A DNA stretch of 64,000 nt from Thermoplasmata archaeon (GCA_028864975.1 JAGWLG010000009.1:1-64000); one strand, 5' to 3'. Counted from the stretch's first letter, positions 5,574 through 15,932 are shown. The notes: a model not told the origin generated them from the letters alone. Numbers and translations are program-made.

Positions 5574-7442
5574 TCAACCGACCGGCGGAGCCTCGGGGGG
5601 AGATGGCACGGGTGGGGGGGCGGTGCTCCGTGTCCGCTCCTCACCGTGCGCTCGATGTCGGACCTTAACGACGAGACCCCGGGGAAGCCGCCCCATCCAT
5701 GGCCCCGGGACGCGGGCCTCTCCGACACCGAGAACCTCTCCGTTCCGAAGGAGGAGCACCTCGTCTCCCCGACGGAGCGCCGGGTCCCCCCGCTCTACCC
5801 CTGGGGCGAAGAGATCCCCCCGGAGCTCGACACCCCCCCGGACCTCGACCCGGTACCCGTCGGCGGCGCTCACGATCTTGCGAGCCCCCGGCACGGTCAA
5901 GCGCCAGAGCCCGGTCTCCTCCTTCCAGGTCGCGAGGTCCTGGTGGTCCGTGGAGATCAACCGCTGGAACCAGGGCCGTCCCATGAGCCGTACCTCCCCC
6001 TCGAACAGCCGGTCCGCGATGGTCGGCCCGAACTGGACCTGCGCCAGCGCCCGGAGCTCCTCGCGCACCCGCGCGAGCGGGCCCCCGGCCGCGGCGCGTT
6101 CCCTCGACAAGGCCAAGCGCCTCATCTCCGACGACAGGGCGGAGAGCGACGCGGAGGACGTCGTCGCGCTACCCTCGACCGTCCAGGCCACCTTCTCGGG
6201 GGGAAGGAGGTCCTTCAACCAGGCGTACTCCTCGCTTGGTAGGTGGGCGACGACCGCGCGATATCCTCCCGTTCTCAACAGATGCTGGAGCGCATCGCGC
6301 ACCCAGCGCCGCTCATCCTCGTCCCAGGCCCCGGTGACCGGGATGTCGTAGTTCCGGGCCGGGTAGACCGCTTCGAGCTCCCTCGGGACCAGGCCCAGGG
6401 GGGAGGTCACCGATGCCCAGTGGACACCCAGCCCCGGGGGCAGGCCCTCGAGCGAGCGCGCGATGCGCCGGTGGGTGGGCGAAGACGCGTACGGTTTGGT
6501 CTTCGAACAGGGGACCAGCAGGAGGGTCCGTTTGGAAGAGGGGGGACGGTACCGCTCCAGGAACCGTTGTCGGAAGCGTTCGACCTCGGGGCGGCGCAAA
6601 GCCTCCTTGGTCGTGTACGGGCGGACACCGGCCCCGGTCACGGGGGCATGAATCTCCTGGAACGGCGCCCCAAGGGTATCGTAGTAGCGCAGGAGCTCCC
6701 CACGGCAAGGCTCCGGGACCAGACGGGCCTCGACCAGTTCGCGAAGCCGACCTGCACCTGCGAAACGTCGCACCCGAGCAAGCTCGTCGAGGTACTCCTG
6801 TTCCACGGCGGCAGCCCGCTGGAGTAACGGGGGGCGTGCCCGCGCCGTGTCAGCCCCGTCCAGGTCCTCGGCATCCGCCGAGAGCTCTCTCCCTGCACCA
6901 GCGGCGAGAAGGCCCTGGGTCGTGTCCACTAGGTCGATCCCCATGGCGAAGAGCAACGAGAGCCTGCCGGGAGTAGCGACCCGAGGGGCCCAGAGCATGG
7001 GGGCAGGCCCCGCGGCCTCCCTCAGAGCGATCGCTCCTTTGACGAAACCCTCGGTATCGGTGAAAGTGGCACGGGCGTTCATCCAGACGACAAGGTCCCA
7101 CGGCTCCTCCCGAAGTGCCTGGGAGGTGGGTACGGAGAGCGGGGTCCTCACGCCGAGCACCCGAGGGGCCAGGCGCTGACCTGGCCCGGACGTCCCGGAG
7201 ACCTCAGGGACCGCGACCTCGACCGCCAGTTCGAGGACCCTCTCCCCTTGCCTCCACCGGAGGGCTCTCCGCATCGGGCCACCCGACCCTCCCTCCTCGA
7301 GGACCGCAACCCCGGGCTCCAGCGTCCGTTCCGCCGTTCCGCGCGGAGTGGACCTGAGCACGCCCGGAAGCGTGAGCTGCAGCTCGCCTACAGTGCCCTC
7401 CCCCACGAGGGTGGCCCCGTCGAGCCGGGAGCAGGAGCGCAT
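5574..7442 (-). CDS. arcS: Archaeosine synthase subunit alpha (TGT-like domain + DUF5591-type domain + PUA)
   Basis: LLLVPCSKTKPYASSPTH and SVTSPLGLVPRELEAVYPARNYDIPVTG motifs; C-terminal PUA (GDLFAPGV...GDEV). Confidence 0.9.
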   Translation of the reverse strand: MRSCSRLDGATLVGEGTVGELQLTLPGVLRSTPRGTAERTLEPGVAVLEEGGSGGPMRRALRWRQGERVLELAVEVAVPEVSGTSGPGQRLAPRVLGVRTPLSVPTSQALREEPWDLVVWMNARATFTDTEGFVKGAIALREAAGPAPMLWAPRVATPGRLSLLFAMGIDLVDTTQGLLAAGAGRELSADAEDLDGADTARARPPLLQRAAAVEQEYLDELARVRRFAGAGRLRELVEARLVPEPCRGELLRYYDTLGAPFQEIHAPVTGAGVRPYTTKEALRRPEVERFRQRFLERYRPPSSKRTLLLVPCSKTKPYASSPTHRRIARSLEGLPPGLGVHWASVTSPLGLVPRELEAVYPARNYDIPVTGAWDEDERRWVRDALQHLLRTGGYRAVVAHLPSEEYAWLKDLLPPEKVAWTVEGSATTSSASLSALSSEMRRLALSRERAAAGGPLARVREELRALAQVQFGPTIADRLFEGEVRLMGRPWFQRLISTDHQDLATWKEETGLWRLTVPGARKIVSAADGYRVEVRGGVELRGDLFAPGVERGDPALRRGDEVLLLRNGEVLGVGEARVPGPWMGRLPRGLVVKVRHRAHGEERTRSTAPPPVPSPPEAPPVG

Positions 7443-7531
7443 GGGCACCGTGGAGCCCAAGGGAGCTTGAAGCTCGCCCGGGGGCGCCGCGTCCCCCGCG
7501 GCCGTCGGCGGCGGCCGGCTGGACGCCCCGT

Positions 7532-7867
7532 CTAGCTCGACTTCTTGGTGCGGCCCCCGCGTTCCTGCGAGGGGAAGTAGGTCTGCCAGGCGTTGACCAG
7601 CGTCTCACGCCGCTCCGACCCCGCATCCTTCCGTCCCTTGCGGCCGAAGAGGGGGTCGTGGTTGTCTCGAACCACGCGGAGGAAGCTCTCCGGGTTCTGG
7701 CTCGCCAGTTCGAAACCGTAGAGCATGAACTCCCGCAGCAAGCTGGACCGCCCCCTCCACCCGATCCTCCGCCGGACCATCGGGTTGAGCGCTCGCTTCG
7801 CGAGCCTCCATACGTCGGTCGTCGTCTTGTAATCCTTGCCAGATAGGCCAATCATGACCTGCGGCAT
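7532..7867 (-). CDS. Small basic hypothetical protein, possible ribbon-helix-helix
   Basis: 111-aa ORF with a GGGGA RBS-like sequence and an upstream TTAAATA; strand-helix-helix pattern. Confidence 0.6.
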   Translation of the reverse strand: MPQVMIGLSGKDYKTTTDVWRLAKRALNPMVRRRIGWRGRSSLLREFMLYGFELASQNPESFLRVVRDNHDPLFGRKGRKDAGSERRETLVNAWQTYFPSQERGGRTKKSS

Positions 7868-8018
7868 TTCCCCTCGACGCTCCCAACTTAAGGACGGTAT
7901 TTAACTTCCGCTCGAGAGACCATATATCGGGGGGAACGAGATTCCCCGCCCGAGCCGTGCGAATATCTGCAAATCCGCTAGAATCCGAACAATTCCGCAG
8001 ATCTGAGGCCGTTCGCGC

Positions 8019-8900
8019 TCACAGGTAGAACAACACCACTGTGGCGAGGAAGACCCCTCCCATCGCGAAGTGGAGGCGGAAGAGCGGGAGCAGCCGCGGT
8101 CGTTTCGCCCTCAAGCCCAGCACCTCCGCCCCGGCGAGCGCCGCGACCCCCGCGAGCGGGAGCGCTACCCATGGGCTGAGGCCCCAGCTCTCGACCAAGA
8201 ACACTGTGAGCAGGACCGCGGCTCCGGCAAGGAGGCCCCCCACGAGATACGGGGTCCTCTTGGCTCCCAGCGAACGCGGCAGGGAGAAGAGCCCCTGCTC
8301 TTCGTCCGATGCGAGGTCGCCCAAGCTGTGGACCGATTCAAAGGCGGTCCCGAAGAGGACCATCGCCCCGACCGCCGTCCACGCGGCCAGAGGGACCGTG
8401 CCCATCACCGCGAGATACACCCCGGCGGGGAGCAGCGCCTGCACCGCTCCCAGGAGGACCGTGGTGGCCGGAGTGAACCTCTTCGTGTAGGAGTAGCCGA
8501 GCATCAGCGCGACGGCCGGGAGAGCAAGGACCGTCAGCCAGGGGTTGATGAGCAGCGCCGCGAGGAAGAAGACCGCCAGGTTGACCGCGACCACGGCCAC
8601 CGCTGCGCGGACCGAGAGCGTCCCCGTGACCAAGGGCCGGTCGCGGGTCCGCGGGTTCTTCGCATCGAACTCACGGTCCACCACCTGGTTGAACGCGTGG
8701 CCCGCATTGCGGGCTCCGATGAAGGCCAGCAGCACGAGCGTGGCCAGGGTCCACCCGGGGCGACCGTGGGCCGCCACGAGCAGGTAGGCGAGGGCGAAGA
8801 ACAGGTTGAGCCCCAGGTTGGGGACCATGAGGAGGGTCCCCAGGGCACGAAGCGACTCGAACCCCCGACGGGTGGCCGTCGCACCGTCCGTCGGCGCCAT
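8019..8900 (-). CDS. UbiA-family prenyltransferase (MqnP-like)
   Basis: ARNAGHAFNQVVDREFDAKNPRTRDRPL and YSYTKRF; multiple transmembrane segments. Confidence 0.9.
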   Translation of the reverse strand: MAPTDGATATRRGFESLRALGTLLMVPNLGLNLFFALAYLLVAAHGRPGWTLATLVLLAFIGARNAGHAFNQVVDREFDAKNPRTRDRPLVTGTLSVRAAVAVVAVNLAVFFLAALLINPWLTVLALPAVALMLGYSYTKRFTPATTVLLGAVQALLPAGVYLAVMGTVPLAAWTAVGAMVLFGTAFESVHSLGDLASDEEQGLFSLPRSLGAKRTPYLVGGLLAGAAVLLTVFLVESWGLSPWVALPLAGVAALAGAEVLGLRAKRPRLLPLFRLHFAMGGVFLATVVLFYL

Positions 8901-10384
8901 CAGGAGGGCGGGCGGGAAGGGAGAAGCCGGGAGAGCACTGGGTCGCTCTTCAGGAGCTCGTCAACTCGAGCGACGACCGCCGGGTCCATGCGCGCTTCCT
9001 CCGGCCAAGGTCGGGGGTAGCCCTCCTCCTTCCACTTCTTCGTGGCATCGATACCGAGCTTCCCTCCCTGGTTCTCTTCCCGGTTCGAGACGGAGAGCTG
9101 GTCGACCGGGCCGAAGACATGCTCGAGGTCCACCTGAGGGTCGGCCTGGAGCCCCACGCGGTAGAGCACTTCACCGTGGTCGTGGGGGTCCACGTCGTGG
9201 TCGACGACCACGATATAGCGCGTGAACATCATCTGTCCGAGCCCCCAGAGGGCGTGCATCACCTTCCGGGCGTGCTGGGGGTAGCTCTTCCGGATCGCGA
9301 CGATCGCCACGTTGATGAAGATCCCTTCCAGCGGCAGGTCGAGGTCGACGACCTCGGGAAGGACCGCTTGGATCACCGGAAGAAAGAGGCGGGAGACGGA
9401 CTGCCCCAGGATCGCGTCCTCGGTGGGGGGCTTCCCCGTGACCGTGGTGAGGTAGACAGGAGAGCTCCGGTGGGTGACGTGGGTGATGTGGATGACCGGG
9501 AACTCCTCGGGGAGCGAGTAGTAGCCGGTGTGGTCCCCGAAGGGGCCCTCGACATGGCGCTCCTTGGGGTCGGCGTACCCTTCGAGCACGATCTCCGCTT
9601 CGGCGGGCACCTCGAGCGGGACCGTCCTGCAGGGGACCAAGGGTAGGCTCTCTCCTCGAAGGAAGCCGGAGAAGGCAAAGCGGCTGATCCCTTCGGGGAC
9701 CGGTGAGAGCCCGGCGAAGACGGTCGCGGGGTCGGCTCCGATCACGACGGCCACCGGCATCCGTTCGCCCCGGCGCTGGTATCGTCGGAAGTTCTCAGCG
9801 CCAGCGCGGTGGGTCTGCCAGTGGGCCCCGAGCGTCGACGAGGAGTACTTCTGGAGCCGGTAGACCCCGACGGCATTGTCGCCGGTCTCGGGGTTCCGCG
9901 TCACGACCAGGGGGAAGGTGATGGTGGGCCCCCCGTCCTTCGGCCAACATGTCAGGATGGGGAGCTGGTCCAGATCCGGTCGGTCGGTCTCCTCTTCCTG
10001 GCAAGCACCCTTGTTCACGCGCTTGGGCGCGAGAGCGCGAAGCTGCTGGAGCTGCTCCAGCGTGCCCGCCGGGTCGGTGAGGATGGCCCCAAGACCTGCG
10101 GGGGGTCGGAACCGGAGGAGCCGGCGGATGCGCTCGGCCGGTTCGTCCACGGAGGACGCACCCAGGGCCGACGCGATCCTCCGGGGGGAGGCGAGCACGT
10201 TGATCGCGACGGGGATCTTCGAGCCCCCGACGTTCTCGAAGAGGAGGGCCGGCCCGTCGCGACGGAGCGCTCGGAGCGCGATCTCGGTGATCTCGAGCCG
10301 GGAGGCGACCTGGCTACGGACCCTCACAAGGTCGCCCTGGGATTCCAGAGCGCGAAGGAACTCCCCGAGGTTCTTCCAGGCCAT
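8900..10384 (-). CDS. UbiD-family decarboxylase (menaquinone biosynthesis, MqnL-like)
   Basis: EAEIVLEG, EGPFGDHTGYY and GKPPTED motifs; directly upstream of the UbiA gene. Confidence 0.9.
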   Translation of the reverse strand: MAWKNLGEFLRALESQGDLVRVRSQVASRLEITEIALRALRRDGPALLFENVGGSKIPVAINVLASPRRIASALGASSVDEPAERIRRLLRFRPPAGLGAILTDPAGTLEQLQQLRALAPKRVNKGACQEEETDRPDLDQLPILTCWPKDGGPTITFPLVVTRNPETGDNAVGVYRLQKYSSSTLGAHWQTHRAGAENFRRYQRRGERMPVAVVIGADPATVFAGLSPVPEGISRFAFSGFLRGESLPLVPCRTVPLEVPAEAEIVLEGYADPKERHVEGPFGDHTGYYSLPEEFPVIHITHVTHRSSPVYLTTVTGKPPTEDAILGQSVSRLFLPVIQAVLPEVVDLDLPLEGIFINVAIVAIRKSYPQHARKVMHALWGLGQMMFTRYIVVVDHDVDPHDHGEVLYRVGLQADPQVDLEHVFGPVDQLSVSNREENQGGKLGIDATKKWKEEGYPRPWPEEARMDPAVVARVDELLKSDPVLSRLLPSRPPS

Positions 10385-10466
10385 GGCGCCTCCCCCGGAC
10401 CCCGGGTCGGAGCGACGGACGTTCCTCTGGCTATTTGAACCGAGGGGCGTTCACGGGTGAACCCCG

Positions 10467-11180
10467 ATGCAGACCGTCACTCTCGAGATGCCGACGGAGG
10501 CGCTGGTGGCGCTGGGGCTGCTCCCGGAGGGCTTCTTCCGGCAGTTCGAGGAACTGGAGCTCGTCGAGACCCTGGGGCTCGAGCCGAGATGGCGTCTCCA
10601 GGTCCTGCGGCTCCGGTCCCGCGGTCCCCCGAGGTCCTCCCGAGAGCTCTCGGAGCGCCAGAAGGAGCTGCAGAGAACCTACGACCTGGAGCGGCTCGAG
10701 CTCCTCGAGTCGCGCCCACGAAGCCGTGACCAGTTCTTCCTCGTGCGCCAGAGGAACCCGGGCCCTGTCCAGTCCCTGGTCGACCTCGCGGGGGGCGAGG
10801 TCTTCCCGGGCCGCCCCTTCCTTCTTCGGGAGCGGACGACCCTCGCTTCGTTGCGGGGCGACCCCAAGGTGATCCGGCGTCTGCTCGAGCGGCTGAAGGG
10901 TCTGGAGGTCCCCTACCGCCTTCGGCGCGTGCGCGGAGGGGTTGGCCCGGCCGAAGAGGAGCCCGACGCGGTCGCCCTCACCCCGCGGCAGGTCGAGGTC
11001 CTTCGGGAGGCCGCGCGCCGAGGGTTCTATGACGTCCCGAGGAAGACCTCGCTCTCGGAGCTTGCCCGCCGGCTCCACCGCAGCCCGGCGGCCGTGGGGA
11101 AGGTGCTCCGAAGGGCCGAAGGGACCCTGGCGCAGGAGCACCTTCGGCGGGTCGCCCCCGCGGCCACCGAAGCGGACTGA
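10467..11180 (+). CDS. Bat-type (HTH_10) transcriptional regulator
   Basis: C-terminal LTPRQVEVLREAARRGFYDVPRKTSLSELARRL...LRRAE. Confidence 0.85.
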   Translation: MQTVTLEMPTEALVALGLLPEGFFRQFEELELVETLGLEPRWRLQVLRLRSRGPPRSSRELSERQKELQRTYDLERLELLESRPRSRDQFFLVRQRNPGPVQSLVDLAGGEVFPGRPFLLRERTTLASLRGDPKVIRRLLERLKGLEVPYRLRRVRGGVGPAEEEPDAVALTPRQVEVLREAARRGFYDVPRKTSLSELARRLHRSPAAVGKVLRRAEGTLAQEHLRRVAPAATEAD

Positions 11181-11313
11181 CCGTCGTCGGGCCGGTGGTC
11201 GCAAGTGAGATGCCCCTTAGTTCCTCCAGCCCACCATGCCCTCGAGATCCCTAGGAGGAGCCTCCCCCCAACGCCACCGCCGCCGCACTTCCCAGGGAAA
11301 GGGCCGCGGGGCC

Positions 11314-11775
11314 TTGCCCCGTCACACGTTACCGATCGCCACGCACTTCGATGTCGAGATCGAACGGATGCCGGACGCCCCTGCGGCACGGGTCCCCGTG
11401 AAGGCGACGGAGGATTCTGCGTGCTTCGACCTCTACGCCGCCCACGACGCGGAGCTCCTGCCAGGCCAAGTGACCCTGGTCCGTACGGGGCTCAAGATGC
11501 GGGCGCCCCCCGGGACGTTCCTCGAGATCCGACCTCGCAGCGGGCTCTCGACGAAGGGCGTCATCATGGTGAACGCGCCCGGCACCATCGACCGCGACTA
11601 TCCCCAGGAGGTGAAGGTCCCGCTCTCGGTCCTCTTCGGAGGGCCACGGACCCTGCGGGCAGGCGAGCGCGTCGCCCAGATGCGCGTGGTCCCGGAGGCT
11701 CGGACCGGCTTCCGGTGGGGGAGGGTCGAAGCAACGACCGACCGCGAAGGGGGCTTTGGTAGCACCGGCGCCTGA
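11314..11775 (+). CDS. dut: dUTP diphosphatase (trimeric type)
   Basis: Motifs ACFDL, RSGLS, GTIDRDY, GERVAQ and GGFGSTG; start uncertain (the ORF extends to 11236). Confidence 0.92.
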   Translation: MPRHTLPIATHFDVEIERMPDAPAARVPVKATEDSACFDLYAAHDAELLPGQVTLVRTGLKMRAPPGTFLEIRPRSGLSTKGVIMVNAPGTIDRDYPQEVKVPLSVLFGGPRTLRAGERVAQMRVVPEARTGFRWGRVEATTDREGGFGSTGA

Positions 11776-11828
11776 CCGGGGAGGTCGCTCACCTTAAGGC
11801 GCGACCTGTTTCGTCCCCGCAGAGGACC

Positions 11829-12323
11829 GTGACCCCCCTTGTGGCCATCCTGATGGGCTCCAAGTCGGACTGGCCAGTCCTCGAGACCGGGGCGAAGGTC
11901 CTGGACACGCTCAAGGTCCCCTACGAGGTGCGTGTCCTCTCCGCCCACCGTGCGCCGGACGCGCTCGCGGACTACGTGAAGGGCGCGGAGAAGCGGGGGA
12001 TCGAAGTGATCATCGCGGCGGCGGGGGGCGCCGCGCACCTCCCCGGGGTCGCTGCCGCCCACACCATCCTCCCTGTTCTCGGGGTCCCCATCGCAACCTC
12101 CTCGTTCCAAGGAATGGACTCGCTCCTGTCGATCGTCCAGATGCCCTCCGGGATCCCGGTGGGCACCGTCGCCGTGGGGAAGGCCGGGCCCGTGAACGCG
12201 GCGCTGCTTGCCGCGGAGATCCTGGGGGGCAAGCACCCGGAGGTCCGGGAAGCCGTGCGGCGTTACCGCGAGAACCTCACGAAGGAGGCCCTCGCTCACC
12301 CGGATCCGAGGGAGGCGGCCTGA
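11829..12323 (+). CDS. purE: N5-carboxyaminoimidazole ribonucleotide mutase
   Basis: [21 protein letters not shown] and [11 protein letters not shown]. Confidence 0.97.
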   Translation: MTPLVAILMGSKSDWPVLETGAKVLDTLKVPYEVRVLSAHRAPDALADYVKGAEKRGIEVIIAAAGGAAHLPGVAAAHTILPVLGVPIATSSFQGMDSLLSIVQMPSGIPVGTVAVGKAGPVNAALLAAEILGGKHPEVREAVRRYRENLTKEALAHPDPREAA

Positions 12324-12336
12324 GCCCGCTGGCACC

Positions 12337-13824
12337 ATGACAGCCCAAGACCTCGCGCCCTTCCGGCTCGCCCCGAACGGGAAGAAGCTCGTCACGGTGA
12401 TCCCGGGGGACGGGGTGGGTCCTGAGATCGTGGCGGCGACCCGTCGGGTGCTCGAGGCGGCGAAGGCTCCCATCGAGTGGGAGGAGCGTCGGGCCGGGGC
12501 GGAGGTCTTCAAGGAAGGGCTCGCCTCGGGGGTCCCGACCGACACGATCGAGTCCATCCGAAGGACCCGGGTGGTCCTCAAAGGTCCCCTCGAGACCCCG
12601 GTCGGCTTCGGGGAGAAGAGCGCGAACGTCACGTTGCGCAAGCTCTTCGAGACCTTCGCGAACATCCGTCCCGTGAAGGAGCTCCCCGGGGTCCGTACCC
12701 CGTTCAGTGGTCGCGGCATCGACATGGTGATCGTCCGCGAGAACGTCGAGGACGTCTACGCGGGGATCGAGTACAAGGAAACTCCCGGGGTCGCGCAAGC
12801 CCTCAAGCTCGTGAGCCGCAAGGGGTGCGAGAAGATCGTCCGCTTGGCCTTCGAGCTCGCCCGGGCCGAGGGGCGGAGGAAGGTCCACTGCGCGACCAAG
12901 TCGAACATTCTCAAGCTGACCGAAGGGATGCTGAAGCGCACCTTCGAGGACGTGTCGAAGGAGTACCCCGACATCGAAGCCGCCCACATCATCATCGACA
13001 ACTGCGCCCACCAGCTGGTGAAGGCGCCCGAGCAGTTCGACGTGATCGTCACGACGAACATGAACGGCGACATCATCAGCGACGAGGGAAGCGCTCTGGT
13101 CGGGGGATTGGGGTTCGCGCCCTCCGCCAACCTGGGCAACGACGTCAGCATCTTCGAGGCGGTGCACGGCTCCGCGCCTAAATACGCCGGGAAGAACGTG
13201 ATCAATCCGACGGCCCTCATCCTGACGTCGGTCCTCCTGCTCCGCCATCTCCAGGAGTTCGGGGTGGCCTCGAACGTCGAGAACGCGGTGGTCGCGACGC
13301 TCGCGGGTGGCAAGGTCGCGACGCGCGATGTCGTCGGCGACGCCCTTGCGGCAAGCACCAGCGCCTTCGCGGAGGCGGTGATCTCGAACCTGGGCCGGGC
13401 CCCGCCCACCGGGTGGAAGGTCCGGCAGTATCGGGCACTCCAAATGCCCCATGTCCCCTCCGCGCCGGCCCGCGTCGTGCCCAAGTCCCGCCGGACCCTG
13501 GGGGTGGACGTCTTCGTCGAGAGCTCGACCGATGCGAGGACGCTGGGGACGGAGCTCCAGAAGCTCGTTCAGGGGACCCCCCTCGTGCTCCACGGCATCT
13601 CCAACCGAGGCACCCTGGTCTTCCCTCCCAGCGATGCGATGACGGATGTGGTCGACCACTGGCAGTGCCGCTTCCTCTTGTCCGACGGCCAGAGGGAGGT
13701 GCCCGAGGAGGCGCTGATCACGCTCCTCCAGCGCATCGCCGCCCGCCATCGGTGGGTGGCCACGGAGCGTCTCCAGGAGTTCGAGGGGACCCCGGCCTTC
13801 ACCCGTCCGCAAGGCGAGGACTGA
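12337..13824 (+). CDS. icd: Isocitrate dehydrogenase (NADP), long bacterial type with C-terminal extension
   Basis: IPGDGVGPEI, LKGPLETPVGFGEKSANV, RENVEDVYAGIE and FEAVHGSAP. Confidence 0.9.
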   Translation: MTAQDLAPFRLAPNGKKLVTVIPGDGVGPEIVAATRRVLEAAKAPIEWEERRAGAEVFKEGLASGVPTDTIESIRRTRVVLKGPLETPVGFGEKSANVTLRKLFETFANIRPVKELPGVRTPFSGRGIDMVIVRENVEDVYAGIEYKETPGVAQALKLVSRKGCEKIVRLAFELARAEGRRKVHCATKSNILKLTEGMLKRTFEDVSKEYPDIEAAHIIIDNCAHQLVKAPEQFDVIVTTNMNGDIISDEGSALVGGLGFAPSANLGNDVSIFEAVHGSAPKYAGKNVINPTALILTSVLLLRHLQEFGVASNVENAVVATLAGGKVATRDVVGDALAASTSAFAEAVISNLGRAPPTGWKVRQYRALQMPHVPSAPARVVPKSRRTLGVDVFVESSTDARTLGTELQKLVQGTPLVLHGISNRGTLVFPPSDAMTDVVDHWQCRFLLSDGQREVPEEALITLLQRIAARHRWVATERLQEFEGTPAFTRPQGED

Positions 13825-13842
13825 CGCCCTCCCGGTCGTTCC

Positions 13843-14340
13843 ATGACCGGTGGCGGGGGCTGGGTGCTCCGAGTGGGCCTAGGGCACCATCGGCCCGCCC
13901 CGGGACGGTCCTACCATGGCATGGTCTACCTCTTCCCTCCCGGCTCCACGACCCCCACCCTTGGGCGTACCGAGGTCCCACCCGGCCTGCCGCTCTGGTA
14001 CTTGACCCGGGCAGACCGGACCCTCCAGGACCTACGTCGTCGAGGAGAGCGGCTCCCCCCTGACCGCCGGTACTTGAAGGCCTGGGCCCGGGCGGTCCGG
14101 CCCCTGGAGGTCAACATCGAGGTGAGCGACCTGGGCACGGTCCTTCAGGCCCGTTACCGGATACCCGAGGGGATCTGGCTTCTGGGGCGCTTCGAGCAGG
14201 AGGCGAAGGGCGAGGAGCCGGTACGGGAGGAGCGCCTCTGGTGCGTGCGAGACCCCCCGCCCGCAGGCTTCGAGATGGCCCTGGGGGCCGTCAGGTTCCA
14301 CATGCACGTGGAGCGTCAAGGACAAGAAGAGGAAGCGTGA
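13843..14340 (+). CDS. Hypothetical protein
   Basis: In-operon ORF with plausible codon usage; possible start at 13921. Confidence 0.55.
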   Translation: MTGGGGWVLRVGLGHHRPAPGRSYHGMVYLFPPGSTTPTLGRTEVPPGLPLWYLTRADRTLQDLRRRGERLPPDRRYLKAWARAVRPLEVNIEVSDLGTVLQARYRIPEGIWLLGRFEQEAKGEEPVREERLWCVRDPPPAGFEMALGAVRFHMHVERQGQEEEA

Positions 14341-14359
14341 TGCGTCCTTCCGAGGACCC

Positions 14360-15088
14360 ATGATCCGCCCAGGAGAACCCATCGGCCCCACCACCTACCA
14401 CAAGCCGTACATGGCCGTCATCTTCGATCTGGATGGGACGCTCATCTCTTCCGCGCTGGACTTCCACGCCATGCGAAAGGCCGTGATCGAGCTCGCCCAG
14501 CGCTCGGGGGTGCCACCGGGGGAGCTCCACACGACGGAGTCCGTCCCCCAGCTCATCGAGCACGCGAAGACCAAACTTCACGCCATGACCGGCGCGGACC
14601 ACCTGGGGATGAGGTTCGAGGGTGAGACGAACCGGAAGCTCGATGAGATCGAGATGTCCGCGCTCCCGACGGCGAAGCCCACCCCGGGCGCGAAGGAGGC
14701 CTTGAAGTCCCTCTCCCAGGACGGCTACCGCCTGGGTGTCCTCACCCGCAGCTGCGAGGGGTTCGCCAGGACGGCCCTCCACAACGTGGGCGTCCTGCCG
14801 CTGTTCATGAAGATCCGGACCCGGAACGATTCGGGACCGGCGAAACCCCACCCGGAGAGCCTGCTCCTCCTCCTCAAGGACATGAACGTTACCAAGGACC
14901 GTGCCCTCTACGTCGGGGACGGATCGCAGGACATGGAGTGTGCCCGGGCGGCGGGGGTGGACTTCACCGCGTTGGTCCATCCCGGAGAGAAGGCCCAGGT
15001 GCACGAGGAGGAGCTCCGGCGCCTGGGCTCCTTCCACGTCGTCCACACCTTCGCCGAGCTCCACCGGCAGGTTACGGGGCGGGCGTAG
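14360..15088 (+). CDS. HAD hydrolase, phosphoglycolate phosphatase-like
   Basis: IFDLDGTL, KPHP and YVGD motifs. Confidence 0.9.
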   Translation: MIRPGEPIGPTTYHKPYMAVIFDLDGTLISSALDFHAMRKAVIELAQRSGVPPGELHTTESVPQLIEHAKTKLHAMTGADHLGMRFEGETNRKLDEIEMSALPTAKPTPGAKEALKSLSQDGYRLGVLTRSCEGFARTALHNVGVLPLFMKIRTRNDSGPAKPHPESLLLLLKDMNVTKDRALYVGDGSQDMECARAAGVDFTALVHPGEKAQVHEEELRRLGSFHVVHTFAELHRQVTGRA

Positions 15089-15239
15089 TCCCACCGAGGG
15101 CTCGAGCTGCCGCGGTGCCTATGAGCGCTCCTCCGGGGGCTGGGGGAGTCCGCGAGGGCGGATCCATGCAACTTATCGTGCCCAGAGAAGGCGCTCCTCT
15201 ATCTGTCTCTCCCGTTGCCGATCCTCAGGGCGGGCCACC

Positions 15240-15932
15240 ATGGTCGTTGGGGATGGCGAGGCCGTGGTCCTATGGACCGGAGGCAAGGACTCGGCCCTCG
15301 CGCTCTTCGAGGAAAGGGAGCGCGGAGCCGGCATCCGGGGGCTCGTGACCTTCGCGCCCCCCACCGGCGAGTTCAAGGCCCACGCGCCGAGCCTCATCCG
15401 GGCCCAGGCGGAGTCCCTTCGCCTGCCTCACCGATTCGTCGCGATCTCCCCTCCGTACGGGGAAGCGTACGAACACGCGCTGCGTGAACTTCGCGCGGAC
15501 GGGGTTCGGTTCCTCATCACGGGAGACATCTCCGAGGTCCAAGGGCACGAGGGCTGGCTCGAGGGTCGGGCGAAGGCCGCGGGGCTCGAACTGGTCCGAC
15601 CGCTCTGGGAACGCGGACGGAGGGCCCTCCTCGAACGCATGCTCGAGGTCGGACTGCGCCCGGTCATCACCGCTCTCAGGACCCCTGTCCTGCCCGACGC
15701 GTGGGTCGGGCGGTCCCTCGACCGGGCCGCGGTCGAAGAGCTCGCCGCCCTTCCACCGGACCACACGATAGACCTGTGCGGCGAAGGAGGCGAGTACCAC
15801 ACCATGACGCTCGGGGGACCGGGGTTCCAGCGCCCTCTCTCCCTAGGGAACTGGACCCTCGCGCGAGAGGGTGACCTCCGCTACGCCAGGCTCGAGACAT
15901 CGCCCCGCAGCCTCCACCGATCCCCCGACTGA
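15240..15932 (+). CDS. Diphthamide synthase / ATP-binding PP-loop family protein
   Basis: WTGGKDS, ITGDI, RPLW and DLCGEGGEYHT. Confidence 0.85.
   Translation: MVVGDGEAVVLWTGGKDSALALFEERERGAGIRGLVTFAPPTGEFKAHAPSLIRAQAESLRLPHRFVAISPPYGEAYEHALRELRADGVRFLITGDISEVQGHEGWLEGRAKAAGLELVRPLWERGRRALLERMLEVGLRPVITALRTPVLPDAWVGRSLDRAAVEELAALPPDHTIDLCGEGGEYHTMTLGGPGFQRPLSLGNWTLAREGDLRYARLETSPRSLHRSPD

Noticed and set aside
11189-11200. 12-nt match (GGGCCGGTGGTC) to the tRNA-Val 5' end
   Set aside because: It is a short GC-rich match of a length that can occur by chance in 64 kb of high-GC DNA, with no cloverleaf or arm motifs around it
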